Part shown: positions 59,328 to 64,000 of the stretch, one piece after another
Numbering within the stretch: position 1 is the stretch's first letter
Layout: each line of letters opens with the position of its first letter
IMG/VR virus record: IMGVR_UViG_641201006_000001
Location: 64,001 to 128,000 of that record
Length of the DNA stretch: 64,000 nt
Direction: 5' to 3' (one strand)
Source: a virus
Taxonomy: Duplodnaviria; Caudoviricetes
The notes under the pieces: model-generated
The model's database searches: none
The model's input: the letters and a program-made list of their open reading frames with translations, nothing else
Told to the model about the DNA's origin: nothing
Program-made: the position numbers and the translations under genes

Positions 59328-59358
59328 ACTGTATGACAATATTCCCTCGTCTTATGAC
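59328..59358 (-). promoter_or_regulatory. SigE-like (mother-cell sporulation) promoter of the conjugation-like operon
   Basis: Minus strand GTCATA-N17-CATACAGT. B. subtilis SigE consensus is ~(G/T)CATA..N..CATAcanT. Confidence 0.65.
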
Positions 59359-59394
59359 TGATAGTAGTTTAAAATAAATATAAGGAGGTGGAAA

Positions 59395-59913
59395 ATGATG
59401 GTTCAAAGTAATCGTGATGTAAGTAATCAAGGTGTATACAATAACAATGGATTATTAATTGGTGCAGGTCTTGCAGGTGCAGGAGGTTTAGCGTGGGCGT
59501 TACTTCGCCGTGGTAAAGGTGCAGGAAAGATGATGGGTCACGCTGATTCACAAACAGCATCGTCCGTTGTAGCTCCGGTAGAGCAGGGATTTCAACCACA
59601 AAACTTTCTAAAGAATGCTGTTGAATCTGAAAAGCTAAAAGAAACACGAATTGGTTTAAGTACCTACTTATCTAAAAATCCTGCTAATGTAGATGGTGAA
59701 GTATCACATGCACTAAAATACAGTCAGGATAAATTCGGTGCTAAACTATGGGATGAATATGATGGTAGACCATTAGAACAAGACAAGTCGAAATGGACAA
59801 AGGATTACTTAGGATACTTAAAAAGTGACCTACGCAATAACTTCGCCGAAGAACGATTTAATCACATTCTAGATGTGGGAAGACAAGTGAGAGGGAAGCC
59901 AACACAATTATAG
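59395..59913 (+). CDS. Hypothetical membrane-anchored protein
   Basis: AAGGAGGTG RBS. Gly/Ala-rich TM (GLLIGAGLAGAGGLAWALL) followed by RRGK. Confidence 0.65.
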   Translation: MMVQSNRDVSNQGVYNNNGLLIGAGLAGAGGLAWALLRRGKGAGKMMGHADSQTASSVVAPVEQGFQPQNFLKNAVESEKLKETRIGLSTYLSKNPANVDGEVSHALKYSQDKFGAKLWDEYDGRPLEQDKSKWTKDYLGYLKSDLRNNFAEERFNHILDVGRQVRGKPTQL

Positions 59914-59919
59914 CCGGAC

Positions 59920-60186
59920 TCAATCGAACCCGGCTAAGATGTTATCTATGACTACGCCTTCGGATGCACTTGTAACACCCGGCATTCGTATTTTAATTTG
60001 CTCTTTAGGTTTTGGTTTAAGAGGGGGAGTCGGTATCGTCTTTTGGTCAAGTCGCATCATCGCTTCGTACTTTAACCCATACCTGACCAATTGACGTAGC
60101 CTCTTTGATCTATCCTCTATATTTTCAAACGCATCTATAATATCCTTATCTCGTTTCGGGGAGAGTCTTGCTTGTAAATCAGCCAT
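59920..60186 (-). CDS. ParR-like ribbon-helix-helix adaptor
   Basis: Small gene overlapping the parM stop. ARLSPKRDKDII..FE...DRSKRLRQLVR N-terminus and Pro-rich linker. Confidence 0.65.
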   Translation of the reverse strand: MADLQARLSPKRDKDIIDAFENIEDRSKRLRQLVRYGLKYEAMMRLDQKTIPTPPLKPKPKEQIKIRMPGVTSASEGVVIDNILAGFD

Positions 60187-61171
60187 GTGCAATCAGCCTT
60201 CCATACTTCGCAAAGCCTCGTGCATTACCGAACTCCGGATTATCATGCTTCAATATAATATCTCCGAACTGACTTTGGAAGAATGGTGTTAATCCAGTAG
60301 ACCCGCCACCAGTGAGTAAAATCTCATGAACATCATCCGGATTCACCCACACTGGAATCTCTCCGCTAATACTTCCAACATGCATATCAATTGCAGAAGT
60401 AATTAATTCACTGATGTCTGTTGCAATACCTTTAATGTATACCTTGCGCTCACGGTAGATTTCATCTATCTGTGTCAGGTTCTTACGAATACCATACTCT
60501 TTAGCTAATAAACGACGTAACTCTTTATGGAAGTTGTTTGTAGCGGTATACAGTGTTGTAGATTCACTACGACTAAACCGACCATTGTTCATAGTTACAA
60601 TCTCTGTCGTGCGGTAACCAATGTTTACAATTACCGTTTTCGGTTTAACACGTTCCGTAATGACCTGCCCACTTTCATCGAGAATGTAATCGTAGTAGTC
60701 TCCGGCTCCTTGCGGAACGACAACCACTTTCTGAATCGTGCTACGGCACTTGCGTCCTCGGAACGAATAGTCATAGTCCCTGACAAATTCAGTTTCAATC
60801 TTATCTTTAACAAGGAAGTATTCTTCCACCGGTACGCCTGTAACCATAAGGTCAATCTTGTTCTGTCCTGTCTCATACAATAGCCCCAGTCCTGTAAGTA
60901 ATTTTACTGTCTCGTCTATTGTATCCACTTTGTTAGCTAGGAATGTATACCGGTGATTGGTAGCAAATTCGGAAGCCTTATCTCCTACGTAATACGTTTC
61001 GTCATCATACGTAAGCCACAAGTCTTTCATTGTCTCTCCATGATCTGTAGCGTTCTGTATCTCAAGTGAGGTAGGGAAGCCAATAATATTCGGGAACTTG
61101 AACTCAATGTCATCCTCTAAGTTAATGCCTTTAAACTGTTTGAAACCAATGTCGCAACCAAATATATACAT
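60179..61171 (-). CDS. parM: ParM/StbA-family actin-like partition ATPase
   Basis: GCDIGF phosphate-1, YYVG, VTGVP, VVPQG, NIGYRTT phosphate-2, LTGGG adenosine, NARGF. Confidence 0.88.
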   Translation of the reverse strand: MYIFGCDIGFKQFKGINLEDDIEFKFPNIIGFPTSLEIQNATDHGETMKDLWLTYDDETYYVGDKASEFATNHRYTFLANKVDTIDETVKLLTGLGLLYETGQNKIDLMVTGVPVEEYFLVKDKIETEFVRDYDYSFRGRKCRSTIQKVVVVPQGAGDYYDYILDESGQVITERVKPKTVIVNIGYRTTEIVTMNNGRFSRSESTTLYTATNNFHKELRRLLAKEYGIRKNLTQIDEIYRERKVYIKGIATDISELITSAIDMHVGSISGEIPVWVNPDDVHEILLTGGGSTGLTPFFQSQFGDIILKHDNPEFGNARGFAKYGRLIAHG

Positions 61172-61192
61172 GGTAACACCCTCTCATGATTG

Positions 61193-61270
61193 TTGTACTA
61201 CATATCTATGGCATAGGAATTGTCCATTATAACCATTACGCAAAAATAACAGGAATATTATGTAGTACAA
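61193..61270. repeat. Perfect 12-bp inverted repeat (TTGTACTACATA / TATGTAGTACAA), candidate operator
   Basis: Arms at 61193-61204 and 61259-61270 in the parM/padR divergent intergenic region. Confidence 0.75.
61203..61233 (-). promoter_or_regulatory. SigE-like promoter of parMR
   Basis: Minus strand GTTATA-N17-CATAGATA. Same geometry as the 59328-59358 promoter but a weaker -10 match. Confidence 0.45.
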
Positions 61271-61282
61271 GTGGATAGACTA
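61253..61282 (+). promoter_or_regulatory. SigF/SigG-like (forespore) promoter of padR
   Basis: GAATA-N15-GGATAGACTA versus SigF consensus GYATA-N15-GGnnAnAHTR. Confidence 0.55.
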
Positions 61283-61323
61283 GCAGTAAGTGACATTCTC
61301 AAACATGACAGGAGGAAATAAAA

Positions 61324-61755
61324 GTGACAGCTAAAGCAAAGAAACCTAGATATGCAGGTGCATATAATCGGTTATTCCCGGTTAAAGTATCTACGAGTAC
61401 ATTCCTGACAATCTATATTTTACATTTGTTAACACGAAAGGAACGTTTATATGGTAAGGAAATCATCAACGAAATCGAGAACCGCTTCGCCGGTGAGTGG
61501 AAACCTTCGCACGGTTTGGTATATCCGATACTCCGAGAACTTGAAGCGGAGGGTCTAGTAAAAGGTCATTGGATAGGTGAAAGTTCTAAGAAGACGATTC
61601 GTACGTATAGCATCACGAAAAAGGGTAAAGCAGCGTACATAGAGGAGAAGGAGAAGCACAAGGATGCATTCTCGAAATCATTCTTTATGATGGAAACGTT
61701 GTTGGGGGATTTGTATACAGACTTTGAGATGATAGATATAGAGGATTTAAAATAG
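61324..61755 (+). CDS. PadR-family transcriptional regulator
   Basis: AGGAGG RBS + GTG. ILHLL....YG.EI..I......S.G.VYP.L..LE.EGLV...Y.IT.KG. Confidence 0.9.
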   Translation: MTAKAKKPRYAGAYNRLFPVKVSTSTFLTIYILHLLTRKERLYGKEIINEIENRFAGEWKPSHGLVYPILRELEAEGLVKGHWIGESSKKTIRTYSITKKGKAAYIEEKEKHKDAFSKSFFMMETLLGDLYTDFEMIDIEDLK

Positions 61756-61778
61756 AGGAGCGAATGCTCCTCTTATTT
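61750..61778. terminator. Bidirectional terminator between convergent genes
   Basis: AGAGGAGC-gaat-GCTCCTCT flanked by A/T tracts. Confidence 0.7.
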
Positions 61779-63530
61779 GTTGTAGTACGGTTGCAGACAC
61801 ATACGCCAGTGTTTATCGTTTAGGTTCTTGTTACCTGCTTCAATCATAAGTTGTATTACATCTGTGTTCGGAGCGCCACCAATAAAGGTAAAATCCTGTA
61901 TACCACGTTCTTGAATGTAATCACCTAATGACCACGGCAACTTCGCTGCTTCGAACTGCTTATGATAATTCAGCATCGGCTGATTGCGAAGACCAGCAAC
62001 AACCGAACCGCAATAACAATCTGACCAGTGTGCATCTGTTGAAACATAAATACCATTACTGTAATTTGTTTGTACTGCTTTATGGAACTCCACGGCTGAA
62101 CGGTTTCTGTCAGGTGCAGATAGTCGCTCCGGATTCGGTAAGTTCCATTCTACATTCTGACCGACATACCTTTCAATACCAACGATGATAGATGCTTTGA
62201 ATCTACCAGCCATAGCCTTTGTATAGTCGGTTAATGTACCTTGACGGGTTAATATGATTGGTGTACGTGTTTGAGCAGCGTACGAGGCAATGCCGTACGT
62301 CATAAGATGTTCCTCGCCATTTACAACGAGTACCTTCTTCTCACCTGTACCAAACCATGTGGATACATTCCCTGATAGTTCATACCGATCATTCCCGTTA
62401 ATGCGGTCTACCTGTAGTCCCATTGCACGAAGCTCTGCTTCTACGTTACCGCCGATTGACCACTTTGTTCCTACGACAATGGCACGATTTGCGCCAAGTC
62501 TACGTATCTCATTCTTGATTGGCGTTGGTACGCCGTCATATGGTACAGGGAATAGTGGCCCATTAACGGTAGCGGCAAGTGGTACGGCACATAACATTTC
62601 AGGAGAACCTTGCTCGCCTTCCGGTCTAACACGACGCTTCTCAAGTACATCGTACTCTAGAGAAAGCATAGTTGGTAAATCGACTACGCCGTCCTCACGC
62701 TGAATGTTAAATGGATTACTACCACGACGTTGCTTCGCTTGGTATAACCATACGGCTACCTTCGTCGCAATATCGAAACGACCATTTACCATTAGACCAG
62801 CTTCAAGGTTACGCTTTGTAATGTCACCAACCCAGCGACCTTGCATGTCGTCACCTTCACCGCACATCTCATTAAACATCTTCACGCCAAGCAGTGGCCC
62901 CGAACCATACTTACCATCGTACTGAATACTACCGTCAGGTGAACCCATCCATAGACCAAACAATCCGCCCGGATATTTATCTAAGCGTTTCTGTAAGTCG
63001 ATTTCCCATTGACTGCGGTAATCATAACGACCACCACCGATTGTTTGATGGATACGATAACCATATGCAGATTCAGGAGCATAACGTAAACAGATATACC
63101 ATTCTCCCGACCAACGTCCAATGGCACGATTCATCCACGGATTCGTGAATACAGCGTCCGGCATAATTCTATCCCAAACACCTGCGTCACCTTGATAGTA
63201 TTTGTTCCAGTTAAACTTGATTGGATCCCAACCCATTCCCACTTCACGAAGACGTTGTTGTAATTGTCGTATCGCTGTTGTTTGCGGTGCTTCAATACAA
63301 CGTGGGTCTAGGTTCTGAAATTCAGGGCCATCCCAATCCGTTTGTCCAATGTGTAAGTTAAGCGGCCAGTGAAATTCTTTATGCACATACACATCTGTTA
63401 CTTGCTCTTGTGGTTGGGGTAATTGAAGCGGTGCAAGTACGACTGTACCTGTTCCGCCACCCCAGTGATGCCGTGATACAGCAGCAGCCGTTTCATATAC
63501 ATCGGCTCCACTCACAACTTGAAATCCCAT
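61773..63530 (-). CDS. Cell-wall-binding repeat 2 (CWB2) protein with inserted peptidoglycan-binding-like domains
   Basis: Three CWB2 starts (SGADVYETA, NGNDRYELS, SAPDRNRSA) with PIIL / IVG motifs. Insert has IRQLQQRL..G and NGRFD..T..AV..YQ...DGVV. Confidence 0.7.
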   Translation of the reverse strand: MGFQVVSGADVYETAAAVSRHHWGGGTGTVVLAPLQLPQPQEQVTDVYVHKEFHWPLNLHIGQTDWDGPEFQNLDPRCIEAPQTTAIRQLQQRLREVGMGWDPIKFNWNKYYQGDAGVWDRIMPDAVFTNPWMNRAIGRWSGEWYICLRYAPESAYGYRIHQTIGGGRYDYRSQWEIDLQKRLDKYPGGLFGLWMGSPDGSIQYDGKYGSGPLLGVKMFNEMCGEGDDMQGRWVGDITKRNLEAGLMVNGRFDIATKVAVWLYQAKQRRGSNPFNIQREDGVVDLPTMLSLEYDVLEKRRVRPEGEQGSPEMLCAVPLAATVNGPLFPVPYDGVPTPIKNEIRRLGANRAIVVGTKWSIGGNVEAELRAMGLQVDRINGNDRYELSGNVSTWFGTGEKKVLVVNGEEHLMTYGIASYAAQTRTPIILTRQGTLTDYTKAMAGRFKASIIVGIERYVGQNVEWNLPNPERLSAPDRNRSAVEFHKAVQTNYSNGIYVSTDAHWSDCYCGSVVAGLRNQPMLNYHKQFEAAKLPWSLGDYIQERGIQDFTFIGGAPNTDVIQLMIEAGNKNLNDKHWRMCLQPYYNK

Positions 63531-63576
63531 GTCATCACCTTGTTTCTTATGTAGTAAGGCGGGTTTGCCTCACTCT

Positions 63577-63585
63577 ATTATAACA
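63577..63585 (-). promoter_or_regulatory. Extended -10 element TGTTATAAT
   Basis: Immediately after a terminator and before a small hairpin and RBS of the CWB2 gene. Confidence 0.5.
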
Positions 63586-63586
63586 A

Positions 63587-63614
63587 GAAAAGAGGCATCC
63601 GAAGATACCCCTTT
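63587..63614 (-). terminator. Rho-independent terminator
   Basis: Minus strand AGGGGTATC-TTCG-GATGCCTCT-TTT. Confidence 0.75.
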
Positions 63615-63616
63615 GT

Positions 63617-64000
63617 TTAAGCGTAATACACTGATGGTGGTTCTTTCATCGGCTGTACATTCATCTTCTCTACTTCATCCACTGTAAAGAACTTTTTGTT
63701 AGCAACCGGAAACCACTGATTTGAAAATTTCCAGTTTGGTGATTGTGAACGAACATCATATCTGTTCGAGTTTAAATTAATAATGCGAACCTGTAACCCG
63801 TATAGTCTTGCGTTTAATAGCGCTATACGATACGCTAGTAAGTCCGGCTCTGCTCCGTAATAAATCAGTGCCTTCGGATCGTTGACCTTCTTCGCAACCG
63901 CTAAGATTAAGCGTCCAGTTCCGCAGTATGGATCCAGTAGCGTTTCTGTATTGTCGTAAAGAGTTACGGCATAATGTAGGTCAACATACTGTGTTACCTT
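63617..64000 (-). CDS. SAM-dependent (N6-adenine DNA methylase-like) protein, C-terminal part (5' beyond window; not in ORF track)
   Basis: Open frame from 64000: ...LLDPYCGTGRLILA...YYGAEPDLLAYRIALLN..., i.e. motif I DPxCGTG and motif II. Confidence 0.7.
   Translation of the reverse strand, partial: KVTQYVDLHYAVTLYDNTETLLDPYCGTGRLILAVAKKVNDPKALIYYGAEPDLLAYRIALLNARLYGLQVRIINLNSNRYDVRSQSPNWKFSNQWFPVANKKFFTVDEVEKMNVQPMKEPPSVYYA

Noticed and set aside
59302-59430. N-terminal 43 codons of the 217-aa pilin ORF
   Set aside because: They span the promoter region and overlap the divergent gene. An RBS supports a GTG start at 59301 (or 59292).
60179-61171. MreB/FtsA/Hsp70 assignment
   Set aside because: Size, VTGVP and PQG motifs and the overlapping small RHH gene fit ParM/StbA.
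54689-63148. Plus-strand ORFs antisense to the relaxase, ATPase, parM and CWB2 genes
   Set aside because: Shadow ORFs opposite well-supported genes.
1-64000. tRNA/rRNA genes, introns or IS elements
   Set aside because: Intergenic gaps are short and show no cloverleaf, transposase or interrupted-gene signature by eye.

Overview
A ~64 kb segment of a large tailed (contractile-tail, myovirus-like) phage or phage-plasmid of a Bacillus-type spore-forming host. The host call rests on strong GGAGG RBSs, SigA-type promoters and sporulation-sigma-like promoters. Positions 1-42950 (+) are a co-oriented virion block: baseplate hub/lysin with NlpC/P60 and M23 domains, a two-gene spike, gp25-like and J-like wedge proteins, many long fibre/appendage proteins (FN3, Ig, PA14-like, lectin-like, VWA, Asp-box and His-rich motifs, several paralogue families) and three small membrane (holin-like) genes. 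Positions 43099-52284 (+) are a replication/recombination block: Rad52/Sak-like annealing protein, archaeo-eukaryotic primase with a Cys-rich PriL-like tail, DnaB-like helicase, Cas4/AddB-like nuclease, RuvC, phage sigma factor and thymidine kinase, followed by three displaced structural-type genes. Positions 54521-61755 are the most unusual part: a minimal conjugation-like operon (VirB2/TrbC pilin, VirB6-like, an unannotated 39-aa membrane peptide, one VirB4/VirD4-type ATPase, Replic_Relax protein) and a ParM/ParR partition pair. Both are preceded by SigE (mother-cell)-like promoters, and a divergent PadR regulator is preceded by a SigF/SigG (forespore)-like promoter. This suggests a sporulation-compartment-specific DNA delivery/segregation system. 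All product calls come from motif recognition by eye, not database searches. No tRNA, rRNA or CRISPR array was seen.
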